Part shown: positions 48,764 to 61,135 of the stretch, one piece after another
How the letters are laid out: every line of letters starts with the position of its first letter
Position numbering within the stretch: position 1 is the stretch's first letter
Origin: Atractiella rhizophila
Lineage: Eukaryota
Length of the DNA: 64,000 bases
Direction: 5' to 3'
Assembly: GCA_021432655.1 (NCBI GenBank)
Contig: MU271434.1
Coordinates: 1-64,000 of the forward strand
Made by a program: the position numbers and the translations under genes
The notes under the pieces: generated by a model
What the model was told of the DNA's origin: nothing
The model's database searches: none
What the model saw: only the letters and a program-made list of their open reading frames with translations

Positions 48764-49622
48764 TCAGCTTTGCTTTGACAGGAAGTCGATCATCTTCTCC
48801 AGTGCCCTTGCTCGATGAGAGATAGCGTTCTTTTCTTCTGAGGCCATTTCCGCATACCTATAACAGCATTAGTTCACATTGTAGCTTGTGACATGGAGCT
48901 CCTCACGTCTTCCCAGTTTCCTCAGCTTCAAATACAGGATCCCAACCAAAGTTCTGAAACAAGAATTAACTCTTTTCACAAAAACAGGATGGCATCACGA
49001 ACAGGGGGACCACGAGGTGGAACGATCTTTCCATCTGTGCTGCCTTGAAACATTTGTGGCTTCGAGACGGTACCATCGACAATTTCACAATAACCGAACG
49101 TGCAAATTGCTTTTGCCCCTTTGTCGTCAAAGCCGGAAAGCATACTATTGAGGCCTACGAACGATTGAGCACTCAACTACTTCGAAGCAGATGAAGACAT
49201 GAAAGCACACCGTTCAAACCCAACGATTTGAGAAACCATTTGATGTATGGGCCAGGAAGCTCTCCCATGGCGTTGAAACATAGCGCCGTATCTTCAGTTA
49301 CGACTGCGACCTTTCCGACAGTAGCTTCTTTCCCTGTCTCCTGCAACAGAGCTTCAGCAGCTCGCTCAACTTTTGCGAGAGCGATGGAGGCGATTGTTCC
49401 CTGTAATTCAGGGACTATTTGACGTTTATACCTCTGTAGAATTGCAAACGACGTACGGTCGAGATCCAACGAGGTTATCTCCAGCCTAGATGTGACTGAA
49501 GAGCACCTCGCGTAACTTATTAGCGTTTCCGGTAACAAAGACTTAATTCTTTCATCAGAGACATTCACTCCATCATAAGAATACTTGCCTAATTTTGACG
49601 GTGCAAAAGAAATCTCAGCCAT
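48764..49622 (-). CDS. HAM1: Inosine triphosphate pyrophosphatase
   Basis: [46 protein letters not shown]; first intron is GC-AG (49542-49588). Confidence 0.95.
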
Positions 49623-49937
49623 ACTCGAAGTACTAAACTACTGAAGCAGAAGGATCAGGCTTTTTTGAGCTCCCAAGCGTGTGGGCCAAGTAGTAGATAA
49701 GATGGATGAAATAGTCGAGAATCAAGACACTGACAGGTTGAGGAAAGCAAAGAATATATTTGTCAGGTTCATACAGTCACGTGCTCTTTAGGTCGTCCCT
49801 TTGTCTTGGGTCAGGAACACAGAAAACAATGAGCGACGAGTGTCTGCCCTGATGCAACATCCCTCTTTGTATTCTCTCGCATCAAAGATACCAAAAACCT
49901 GTATATAACGAGAAGAAAACCCAGCGGGATCAAAGAT

Positions 49938-52759
49938 ATGGCCTACCCGTCCCCTGCAAGTTCTCCAACGGCAAAGCTGTTACCTGTTTCTAATGCTCTG
50001 GGTGGTGGAGTGGGGACATCTAAGAGAGATGTAGCTTACTACTATGATGGTAAGTCCTTCCTGTCACTCTACACGTGGCAAACGGACCTGTGTTTAATTT
50101 GGGAGAAACCCTTGGATCTCGGCCAATTTGCATATTCTGCAACTCGTCTCCATTCGTCTGAGTTATAGATGACACGAGAAATACCTGAAGGAGAAAAGAA
50201 GGAGAAAATCTTTGAGATGAAACTGTTACTCATGTGATGTGCGAATAAGCTGTGTTAGTCAGCTCATGAAGCTGGTCGGCGTAATACTGCATGCACCAGC
50301 AGTCTGGACGGGATTGATTTAGCTATGACAGCTACGGGTAGCTGTCCACTCTGTATCGCTACTTTTCGATTGAGTAAAACGATCCAGCATGACTGTATTC
50401 ATGGCTCAATGACGCATAACATGGCTGGTTCTCTTTGAGTCTAAATGTCAACTTGCGGAGCTACAAACTAATTTCCGTTGATAGAGGACATTGCCTGCTA
50501 TGGGTATACGCCGACCCATCCAATGCGCGTACGCCTTCTCTAACTCTATCAATCAAGCTCACAGCATCCCGTAGCCTCATCGAATACATATCACTCACAA
50601 CTTGATTCAAGCCTATGAGCTAGATCAACGTATGGATGTCATCGTAAGAGTTTGCGTCCTTTTATGCATAAGGCTTATGATCGGATAGCGACCGAATAGA
50701 CCGACTCCTCAGCAACTGACCACCTTTCACACGGACGAGTATATCGATATTCTTTACAACCTAAATCTCAACCTCGACCAGAAATACTTTGATAAAGCTA
50801 CTGGTGGAGGCAAAAGATGTATGTTTGACTTTGACGTGGCCAACACCTAAATCTAAACTGCTGGCTAGTCCTTGTGGGAGATGACTGCCCAGCTTTCAGT
50901 GGCATCTATGACTTCTGTTCAATCTCGGCTGGTGGCTCCATTGGTTTGTTTCCTCCTCCTTCGAAAGAATTGGAATTTGACTGTTGGACAGCCGGAGCAC
51001 GACGCCTCAACTCGAGAAAAGCGGATATTGCGATAAATTGGGCTGGCGGCCTTCACCATGCGAAGAAGCGGGAAAGCAGTGGGTTCTGCTACGTGAACGG
51101 TTTGTTCAATTCTCTTGTACGAGTGTGAGCTCAGAATGCGTTACTCGTAGACATCGTGTTGGGCATTTTAGAGCTTCTCAAATACCACACGAGAGTACTT
51201 TACATAGACATCGATCTGCATCATGGAGACGGAGTCGAAGAAGCATTTTACACCACGGACAGAGTCCTTACCTGCAGCTTTCACAAGGTTTGTCTGCCTT
51301 CCTGGAGCTCACAGCTAATGATTTGTAGTATGATGGTGATTTCTTCCCTGCTACTGGGGCGCTCGAAGATCTTGGGCAGGGAAAGTGCGTCTCTTTCTCA
51401 TTCAAGGGAGAGCACAACCGACTGTCAGCACCAGAGGCAAGAATTACGCAATTAACGTACCGTTGAAAGATGGAATCGACGATGAGACATTCATGCGCGT
51501 TTTCCAACCGGTGAGCAGGAGGCCGTATTTATAGAAACTGCATGACGTAGATTGGTAAAGGTCGTTCGGAACATCATCCAGCATTACCAGCCAACAGCCA
51601 TCGTGCTCCAGTGCGGCGCGGATTCGTTGAGCGGAGACAGGCTTGGCTACTTCAATCTCACCATGGAGGGTAAGCTTTAGATTTCTCACTATTGCTCACT
51701 CTGATATCGTCCAGGACATGCTGCCTGTGTTGCCTTCGTCCGATCATTCAACATTCCCACAATGTTGCTCGGTGGCGGAGGTTATACGGTGCGCAACGTT
51801 GCCAGGGCATGGGCTTACGAAACTGCCACCGCTATCGGGTGTCAGATGGAATTATCAAGGGAGATTCCTTGGAATGATTTCTACGAGTGGTTTGGTCCTG
51901 AGTATAAGCTCGAGATCCCAATGACGAATGCCCCGAATGCGAATACGGACAAAGATATGCAGCGAATTGTGTCAGTCCCTTTTCCATGAATGTATCATTC
52001 AGCTAATGGAAATATAGAGAGACAATTACAGAGAGACTGAGAGCACTTCCACACGCTCCATCAGTCGGATCTCGTATTCTTTCAACACAAGATGGGGAGT
52101 CTTCCGACGAGGAGTCAGACCCAGAGATACCACCTAGCGCTATCCTTGACGGGATCCGACCACCTTCTCCGCAACTCGAGCTGCCGATTGATTTGAGTGA
52201 ATTAGGATCTCCAATCCGTGCAGGCAAACGTTCTCGGCGACACTATGAGTCTCGAACTCCTTCTCCTCCTGGCGACAAAGATTCAGAATATCATTCAAGA
52301 CGGACCCCTCAAATTCAAAACGAAGAATGGGGATATGTCGTGGGTAGCTCGTTGGAAAGGCGCAAACAGCCGTCTAGGTTGTCCTCAAAAAATTCGCGGG
52401 GTGTTGCCAATATCGCAATGCCGCTTTTGCCTCCTCATCCCAATGGAGACGAAGTTGTACAGGATGAGGACACAGAAATGGATGTTGACGACCAACCTCC
52501 CTTACAACCACCCAGACGGTTCTTTCCTAAAGCCAGGAAGACAATGATCTCACTTCCTGCCACGATGCCTTCAACGGCATGGCAAATGGAGAATGGTTAT
52601 CCGAGCCCTTCTGACGGTGCAATTGAGAATCTGTCATCCGAGGACGAAGCTCAGGCGGAGGAGCAGGAGGATGAGGAGGATGAAGAGGACAAGTCCGGCC
52701 ACAATCGTTGGTTTGTACATGACATCAGGACGATGACTGGCTTTCGAGAGGCACTTTAG
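49938..52759 (+). CDS. Class I histone deacetylase (Rpd3/Clr6-like), copy 1
   Basis: [59 protein letters not shown]; many introns. Confidence 0.95.
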
Positions 52760-53048
52760 TGGGTTGGATCAGTTTAACTTCTGTGATAAGCTATAGCAGG
52801 CAAAGGGTTGCATTACATCATCGTTATTTGTTCTGAAGTTATAACGGGAACACATGTATTAACATTGTCCAATGAGGACCACTGAATAGGGTTCAAACCG
52901 ACTGAACCCTATCTCAGTCGGTGGTACGTACCGCTTGCTCGCATTCCTCCAAAAGCGACAATACTTGCTTGAACTCGATTGGGCTTCTGGTTCACACTTT
53001 CAGCACAACTCTTGCTTCTTCAGAACGAAAAACCTCTTACAGCGGATA

Positions 53049-55728
53049 ATGGACTTTGGAGCGATTAGTAACGCATTGAGCGGCGGAACTACAGTGTCAC
53101 AGAGAACAGTAGCATATTATTACGACGGTAAGCTGTTCTTCTATAAGCTCTAGGTATCTACACCATGTTAGTAGCTTTGCATGTGATTGCGAATTTACTG
53201 CGAAATCTCTTACCGGAAACACTTCTTTACGCTACAATGTCCTCCATTTCATACTATCCCCATTTCAGCGTTTGATTCTTCATAGTCAAAGGATCGCTCT
53301 AAATCTGTTGATTCTCTTTATTTCAACGCGCTTACTAATGATTTGATAGATGATATTGGAACATATATGCTAGCCGAAACAAATCCTATGAGGGTACTTC
53401 TTCCTTCTTGCTCCAACAATCTGACTCCTTGATAGCCACACCGTACCAAAATAACACACGACCTAGTTAGAGCGTATGGGCTGGACGAAAAGATGGATGT
53501 GCTCGTACGTCGTTCACCCGTCCTAGCATTGTTGTGCTGAACTGTTCTTATTCTGCAGAAACCAAGGCGGTCTACTGCACAAGACATGACTGCGTTCCAC
53601 ACCGACGAATACGTGGATGTATTACACACCTTGAACCTCGCTTCAAAAGACTGGAAGAAATTGACGGGGAATGGAAGTCGATGTTCGTAGCTTTCTTCCA
53701 CTCGGGAGCAACAGACCCACTCTAGTCCGCGTAGTCGTCTGTGTCGTAGAGCAAGACTGTCCAGCGTTCGACGGTGTTTTTGAGTTCGTCAGCATTTCAG
53801 CAGGTGGATCTGTGGAAGCTGCGAAGAGATTAAACTCAGGGAAGGCTGACATTGGGATTAATTGGGCCGGAGGCTTGCATCACGCCAAAAAGGTGGAAAG
53901 CAGTGGTTTCTGCTATGTCAATGGTATGGCTTATTTACAATAGTCGCAAAGCTGACATACTGTCTGCAGACATTGTCCTGGGAATTTTGGAGCTCTTAAA
54001 GTAACGTCTGGCACCGTCCGTTGAGAATCCTGCTAATTGTGCATAAAGGCATCATCAACGCGTATTGTACATCGATATAGACGTGAGTTATATTTTGTTC
54101 CTGGCGTGAATGAGGCTGATGATTTCTAGGTGCACCACGGTGACGGAGTAGAAGAGGCTTTCTATACTACGGATCGTGTGATGACTTGCTCTTTCCACAG
54201 AGTATGTCAAAACCCTCTTGTTTGTCTGCTCTGAAAGCTCCTCAGTATGGTGGCTTCTTCCCTTGGACAGGGGCTCTCGATGATGTTGGAATTTCGAGGT
54301 GAGTCTGCTTACGTGGATGTGCGTAGCATTGACCTTTCAATTAGAGGAAAAAATTATTCGATCAATGTACCCTTGAAAGAGGGAATTGACGATACGCAGT
54401 TCCACCAACTTTTCCAACCGGTGGCAGTTCCCGCTTCTTGTCTTTAATTGCATCTCATGTAAGGACAGGTGATTCGAGGCATCATGGAGCATTTCCAACC
54501 CGGTGCTGTCGTATTGCAGTGTGGAGCTGATTCCCTTGCTGGTGATAAATTAGGGCCTTTCAATCTCAGCATGGAAGGTAGGTGCTCATTGCACAGGGAT
54601 ATAACCTGACGATCAAGTAGGCCACGCCGCTTGCGTATCCTTCGTTCGATCTTTCAACGTCCCCATGATGGTTCTCGGAGGGGGTGGGTATACCTTGAAG
54701 AATGTTGCTCGAACTTGGGCATATGAAACGGCAACTGCCATTGGCTGTCAAAATGAACTCGACAGGGAACTTCCTTGGAACGATTACTTCGACTGGTTTG
54801 GACCAGATTACAAACTCCAGGTCCTCCCCACCAATGCTGCCAACATGAATTCTCAGAAGGATGTGGACCTCATCCTGTACAGATCTTTCCCCATTGTTAC
54901 CTTTCTCACACTGATCATGTGGCAGTGAAACTATTACTGAACGACTGAGGAGCCTAAGTCACGCCCCGAGCGTAGGCATGAAGCGATTGGGTGACTTTGA
55001 GAGCGAGGAGGAAGAAAGTGACGATGAAGATGCACAGAATATGCGCCGTATGTTGGCCCACTCCGACCTCAGTCAGTCTGACTAAAGAGAGAACCACAAT
55101 AGTTGAGCCAGCGCTCCCCGAAATTCACGTCAACGGCAATGGCCGTCCCCGTCCGCGATATCGCGAAGCAACAACATCAGAGAACGAATCAGCTGAAGAC
55201 GAAACTCGGACCCGCCACGGCCTCAACACACGCAACCGCTCCCGATCAGGTGGAACTCCTGTTGCCGAGGATCCTAATGACGCCATCCCATCTAGGAAGA
55301 GGCGGAGGAAGAACGTGTCTTTGCTCGACATCCCTGATATGGATGGTCAAGATGAGGAGCAACCGCCTCAATCCCTCAGCAGGGCATCAGGGAGGCAGAT
55401 TGCGACCCTTTACGACGACGAAATGACGCTCTACTCTGCCAGCGAGGACTTGGCTGCGAATAAAAGGGAAAAAAGACCAGTTCGCTACTTTTTCACCAAT
55501 CGCGCTAAAAGCGCGGCTGGCTCGGCGGGAGTGACGCCTGTCGTCACAAATGAGGCGAATGGACATTTGCATGTCTCAGACGACGAATTGGACATTGAAG
55601 CGCTTCAAGAAGAAGAAGGAGACGATGACGGCGATGACGGTCATCTCGTGGAACCAAAAGGGCTGATGAAAGCGAGACTGCGATTTTTACCCGATATACG
55701 AAGCTTGCCGGGTTTTGAAGACTTCTAA
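53049..55728 (+). CDS. Class I histone deacetylase (Rpd3/Clr6-like), copy 2
   Basis: Same motif set (DIDVHHGDG, QCGADSL, GGGGY); shares SNAL.GG...VAYYYD N-terminus with copy 1. Confidence 0.95.
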
Positions 55729-55852
55729 TCTGTGCATGATTTCTTGAAATGGTGCTGTTTAGTTTTGTATACTCAGTGATTGAATGCTTGTGTTTCTCTT
55801 TGTCAACAGATATGCGATTTACAAATACATTGCATGCTCTTTCATGAGTTGA

Positions 55853-57109
55853 TTATACATCGTCATCAGCGTGTGTGTAGAATCGTCTGAACGCACTGAT
55901 CACAATGCCTCGTGCCGTCCACCAAGCCTTATGCTCTGCAAATTCTTCAAGACTACAATCGAACACTTTCAATTGTTTCCAACGACGGCTGCACACAAAA
56001 TCCTTGACATGTTCCAGAAAATTCTCCTCTGTTGACGTTATCGTTTGGTCTCGACGAGGTATATAGTTCAAATGGGATATTGGAGAGTGTTCGAACAGAT
56101 GAGCAGTCCCAACGTCAAGAGCACAACGGTGTAAGAAAAGCATTTGCAAGTTCGGGAACGCGATGTTGCTTGCTTTTGCCCATTCGGCGGAAGGAAAGCG
56201 AAGATGAATATTTAGAAGCGCAAGAGCTTTCAAGTTTTCCGCTATGGGAAGGAAAATAGAAATACAGGTTTCCAGCGGACGGGAAGGCTGTTGGAACGGC
56301 GCATAAAGACCAAAAGACGAGACTGAAGAAGGAACCACTGGATTTAGAAACGGTGGGAAATATTCGTCTCGCACGTAGTCCTGCCAATAATGTACACAGA
56401 GAGTTTCGAGGTTGTTGAACGAGCTGAACCCAGTCTCGAGCACCTGCGGATTCACAAGGTCCGTGACGAGGTATAGTTTTTTGGCTGATAAGAAGCAACG
56501 TAGGGTACAAGGTAACATTAGCTGACGAGGTCCAAGGTTCGTCAAGGTCAAACGGATAGTGAGCCTCTCGGCAGAAGGGACAGTCCCAATGAGACGGAGG
56601 CAACGAAACTGCTGCTCTAACATACTTGCGTCTTCCTCGAAAGCGGCGGCATTGCGACACTCGAAAAGTAGCTCTTCCAGCGCGCACCTCCCTCTCTCAA
56701 CCACAGAATGGTGATAGCAAGTCCAAAACTGTTCAAGATAGTTCCACAGGAATCCGACAACATGGCGGTCCGTCATTTCTTCTGTTTCGCCTTGATCCCA
56801 GCCTCCATTATGCCACGTTACTTTTCGACCTTCGATGATGATGGATACCCTTTTGACGGAGGATGCAAAGGACCATGGGAAAGTTTCCAGTGGAAGCAAA
56901 TGATGAGGCGATTTTCGAGGCTTGGGAGCATATTTGTTGGCGTGCGAAGAAAAGTTGAGAGATTCGAATAAAGCTGGGAGTGAGAGAGCGCGGAGGAGTC
57001 GTGACGTTATGGATAAAGTGAGTAAGGTTGGCTTGTAAGATAGCGCGGGGAGGTGAGAAATTACTTCGGCCTGGAGTTCGGGAGGGAGCTCGTAAAATGG
57101 GAAGTGCAT
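55853..57109 (-). CDS. F-box-like/LRR-like protein (distant paralog C)
   Basis: FPFYELPPELQAEVISHL..LLTLSITSRLLRALSLPALF; single 418-aa ORF. Confidence 0.8.
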   Translation of the reverse strand: MHFPFYELPPELQAEVISHLPALSYKPTLLTLSITSRLLRALSLPALFESLNFSSHANKYAPKPRKSPHHLLPLETFPWSFASSVKRVSIIIEGRKVTWHNGGWDQGETEEMTDRHVVGFLWNYLEQFWTCYHHSVVERGRCALEELLFECRNAAAFEEDASMLEQQFRCLRLIGTVPSAERLTIRLTLTNLGPRQLMLPCTLRCFLSAKKLYLVTDLVNPQVLETGFSSFNNLETLCVHYWQDYVRDEYFPPFLNPVVPSSVSSFGLYAPFQQPSRPLETCISIFLPIAENLKALALLNIHLRFPSAEWAKASNIAFPNLQMLFLHRCALDVGTAHLFEHSPISHLNYIPRRDQTITSTEENFLEHVKDFVCSRRWKQLKVFDCSLEEFAEHKAWWTARGIVISAFRRFYTHADDDV

Positions 57110-57656
57110 GATAGATACAAACTCGGTTCAACTACATGAGGGGCTGCTCGGAAGGAAGCATTCGAATCGTCCTGTCTGACGAGCCTAACAGGTTGTAAGG
57201 CAAACTATTAGTTTTCGGTAATTTATCCGCAAAATATATAAAGCAAACACCAGGAACAGAGAACCAGAATATTCGTTGAGACTCTTGAGAGCAGTGGTCC
57301 CCATCCTTAATATTTATATTCAAGAAATACTTCGGGTATACCTCAGTGCTTACCAGAATGTGGCGACTTGACTTTTATGCCAATGCCTGTCCGGTCAAGA
57401 TAGCAGAATTTGATAAGTGTGCCATAGAAGGTCGGCATCACCTGGCTGCCAGTTCAGAAGTGCTGCGGTTAAACAAAGAATAATAAGTTCTACGAGTCCG
57501 ATGTTTTGGTTAATGGCCGAATTCTAACCATTATACCTTGGGGTGTTGCAGAGACATCTACAGCTAGCCCAGTGTACCTGCCAGTGATCAGATTAGACTC
57601 CTTCCAGACTGCGTTCAGACTTCGCTTCGTGGGCATAGAGTGCATACAGTGCAACT

Positions 57657-60600
57657 ATGGAGGCTCCGACGCTAGCAACCTTCAGCTCTCCCACATTCTC
57701 TCCCTCGCAACTGCTCTCTTCGCTGTCCTCCTCCACATCTGTGTCACAACTAGAGAACTCCATATCTTCCCTTCTCCCGCTGCGTCGGCAGGTTCAGCAA
57801 GAGATTCAGACAATCCAAGGGGAATGCTCGAAACAAGAGAAGGAATGGAAGCGCACGGTGAAGAAGGCGGAGGAAGGATGGGAGAACTTGGAGAAGGATT
57901 TCGAGCGCGCGATGGAAGGTAGGATTGGGGAGGTTGGGAGGAGAGCTGTGGGAATTGGTATGTGCCTCATCTGTGTTATGATATTTAGGTTTTGTGTTAC
58001 GTGCTGCTTAGCTTGTTGGGGAGCGTTTTGGGTCCATTCACACAAGTGTAGTTTAATGCCCGTCATGCTCGGCTACCAGTTAGATATAATGTGTGATGTG
58101 TCCGTCGCGCTGTTAAGAGAGAATGGGAGCAGCATATGTTACTTGAGCTTGATTACTACTGCACATTTGTGCAATTGCCGGAGACATAACGGTGCAATAT
58201 GGAACTAATGCTGTGCCCTTCAGGTGAACAATTAGAATCTCTGTCCCGACAACGCGACCGTGCGTCCGAAGCACACGACCTGATCCTGTACTACAACGAT
58301 TTCTGGCGAGGGGACACAACGCGTCTGGAAACGTTACGAAAAAACGGAGGGAAAGAGGGACGATTGAAGATTGCCATCGCTTGCAGACGCTTGGTTGCTA
58401 TCTCGAAATCTATTCAAGATTCTGGAGGCCTCGATGGTGGAGAAGAGACGCGAGATAGGATAGAGAAGTATTGCGAGAGGTTCGAAAAGGAGATTCTGAG
58501 GTTGTTTGATAAGGCTTATCGCAAAGGAGACCCTAAAATGATGAGCGTAAGTTTTGTCCTTACAGAAAGAAGAGTATTGATGTTGTAGCATAGCATTGTG
58601 CCCAAGTGCTTCTCGAATTCAATGGAGGGAATTCTTGCGTGCAAATATTTGTCAACCAGCACGATTTCTTCTATTCAAAGGATCGAATTTCGTATGCAGA
58701 ACGTATAGAAGATGGAGTCATGTACGTCCCTTCCATGATCGTTTCGGTTCCTCTCACATGTGGCTGCCGCTCAGCTGGGAGTCATTACCCTTTCCCGAAT
58801 CACTACCACCAAAATCAGAGCCAGGTCTTACTCATCTGTATAAAGAGATCAAAGAAACGGTTCAAAATGAGGCACACATAATCAATGCCGTTTTCCCCAA
58901 TCCTGGAACTGTCATGAGTGTTTTCTTGCAGAGGGTCTTTGGTCAAGTCGTACGCCGCTTCATGGTTCACTCTATGTCACACTCTTCACAAGTGTTGAAT
59001 TAGATACAAAACTACCTCGAGCGCCTCCTGACCGCTTCTACCACAACTTCCACCCTCGCCTTCCTACGCATCCTCCATCTCGCACGGTCTCAAACAACGC
59101 AACTCGTAGAAGACATCAAGTCTCTCGAATTCTTCCGCACCACAACCCTATCTTCCGTCTCCCCACTCTCTCCTACTCGCGCAGAGACCCTTCTCTCCCC
59201 GACGAAGGCCGAAATGTCGATACCTGGCGTATCTGGTCAAAGCATCGGCTCCCTGACAGGGATGCTCGACCAGATCGTGGAGGAAGTCTTCGTCCCGTGG
59301 ATGGAGGCTGAGGGGAATCGATACCTTGAAAAGGAGGTCAAGAGCTTGAACGAGCTGTATGCGAGTTTCTTGCTCAAATTCACAGAGTGGCATGTGCGTG
59401 TCCTCTCCTCTCCTATGGCGGAGGAACTCACAAGTAAAGCAGCGACAAGCTAATAAGACGAAGCCTTCCAACACACTATTTGATCGAATGGTGAATCAAG
59501 TATCTGCCGCCGCTCATGCTGCCCAAACGTCAGCTGCCTCCTCGTTTCAGACCCAAGCAGATTCAGCGGAATATTCTCGATTCAAGAATTTGCTCAAGAT
59601 ATCTGGTATGAGTAAGTCGGAGGGAAAGGAGGAGATTGTAGAAGAGCGCGTGGATGTCAAAGAAGGGGATGGGAACCTTGACTTGGAGAGGGCGGAAAAG
59701 ATGCTCAAATGGCACGCAGAAGCTGTTGGACGAATGGTCGAGTTGAGTCCACCTGGGGATGTGTATGTATTTTCCCTCATACGGCCCGCTGGCTGATAAG
59801 GATAGCTAGACCAAAGAGCTCATTTATGCTCATGCGTCTGCTGGCGGACAGCTATGGGCGAGCGTATATCGAAACTGCACTAGACACGTTTGTCCTTGCT
59901 TCTTCACTCTTACTTTGAATTAACTTGCCTTCTCGATAGCGCCTTAGCTTCCATTTCTAGTTATGACGGAAAGGTGGAACCTGACCTTAAACCCATTGCT
60001 GCCATCCGCCTAGCAGACATGGTCATGCATCTCATGCAACGCTACGTGACAACGGCGCTTTTGCCACTTGCTTCGTCCTCAGTCACTGTTCGTCGAGAGA
60101 TGTCGATCTACAACAATCATCTGGTGGTGCGAATAGAAGGGAAAATCAATTCCATTGTACAGCGCACTACAGATGGTACTTTTTCGCTAGTATCTGTCTG
60201 TAGTTTTGCTGATGGTGTGAACTCAGCAATTATATCGTGGCTCTCAGTTCTTCTCGCACGACAGAAGAGGACGGATTTCCGGCCAAAGCAGGATGATCTC
60301 TTTGAACTCTTTAACACAGAAGCTTGTTCGAGTTGTTGCGATTTCCTGACGAGAGTAAAGGATTCCGCAATCATTGGCATGAGTGGGAAGAACCTTGAGA
60401 TGTTCTTGACTGAAGTTGGCATCACTTTTCACGCGTAGGTTTTCTCGTAAGAATATGGAAGGAAGTCCTGAGGACGCAAGCAGTTTACTTCTCGAGCATT
60501 ACAAGAAGTTCCCTGTAAATGCTACAGGTGGTCTGTTCCTTACAAAGTACGTCCTGAACACTGCTATAAACACGCACTGACTATCTGTCAGTGACCTTGT

Positions 60601-60997
60601 CCTTTATCTCAACACTGTCACTGCTTTCGGTATCACCCAACTCACTGATCGATTCGAAATGCTGCGACAGCTTGCAAATGTCTTCATTGTTCGACCAGAG
60701 ACCTTGAAATCAGTCATGTCCGAATCCTACCTCTCACGGATTGACGATCGCCTGCTTCGACCCTACCTCATGATGCGTTCCGACTGGGGAGACTACTCAA
60801 AGAAGTATTGGGAAGAGGTTTTGGGTGCACCAGCTGGAGATTTGGATGATGCGAAGAAAGGAGGAATGGACAGGATGAGGGGTTTGATGAAGGAGCTTGA
60901 TAGGTTCAGCATGTCCAACGTGGGCATGTACGGTTATGGCTACGCCCAGACAATGTATGGAATGATGGGCGACATAGAAAGGAAGCCAACGATGTGA
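57657..60997 (+). CDS. SEC10: Exocyst component Sec10
   Basis: IGEQLESL, IEKYCERFEK, FNGGNSCVQIFVNQHDFF, VFLQRVF, QKRTDFRPK, NVFIVRPETLK. Confidence 0.93.
58008..58189 (+). ncRNA. Possible intronic H/ACA-type snoRNA
   Basis: In a 266-nt intron (57958-58223): hairpin 58008-58083, ANANNA box (ATATAA 58084-58089), second fold-back, ACA at 58163 or 58184. Confidence 0.3.
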
Positions 60998-61135
60998 GTC
61001 GTAGCCAGAACTGCTTTCAGTTATTGTTGTAATGCTATGTTTCCACGGTATATGTGAACGCCGAGTCAATGCGATCGACTGTCCAGGAATTATAGAGGAC
61101 ATATATACGAAGTCCATTATGAAGTCAAGCGATGT

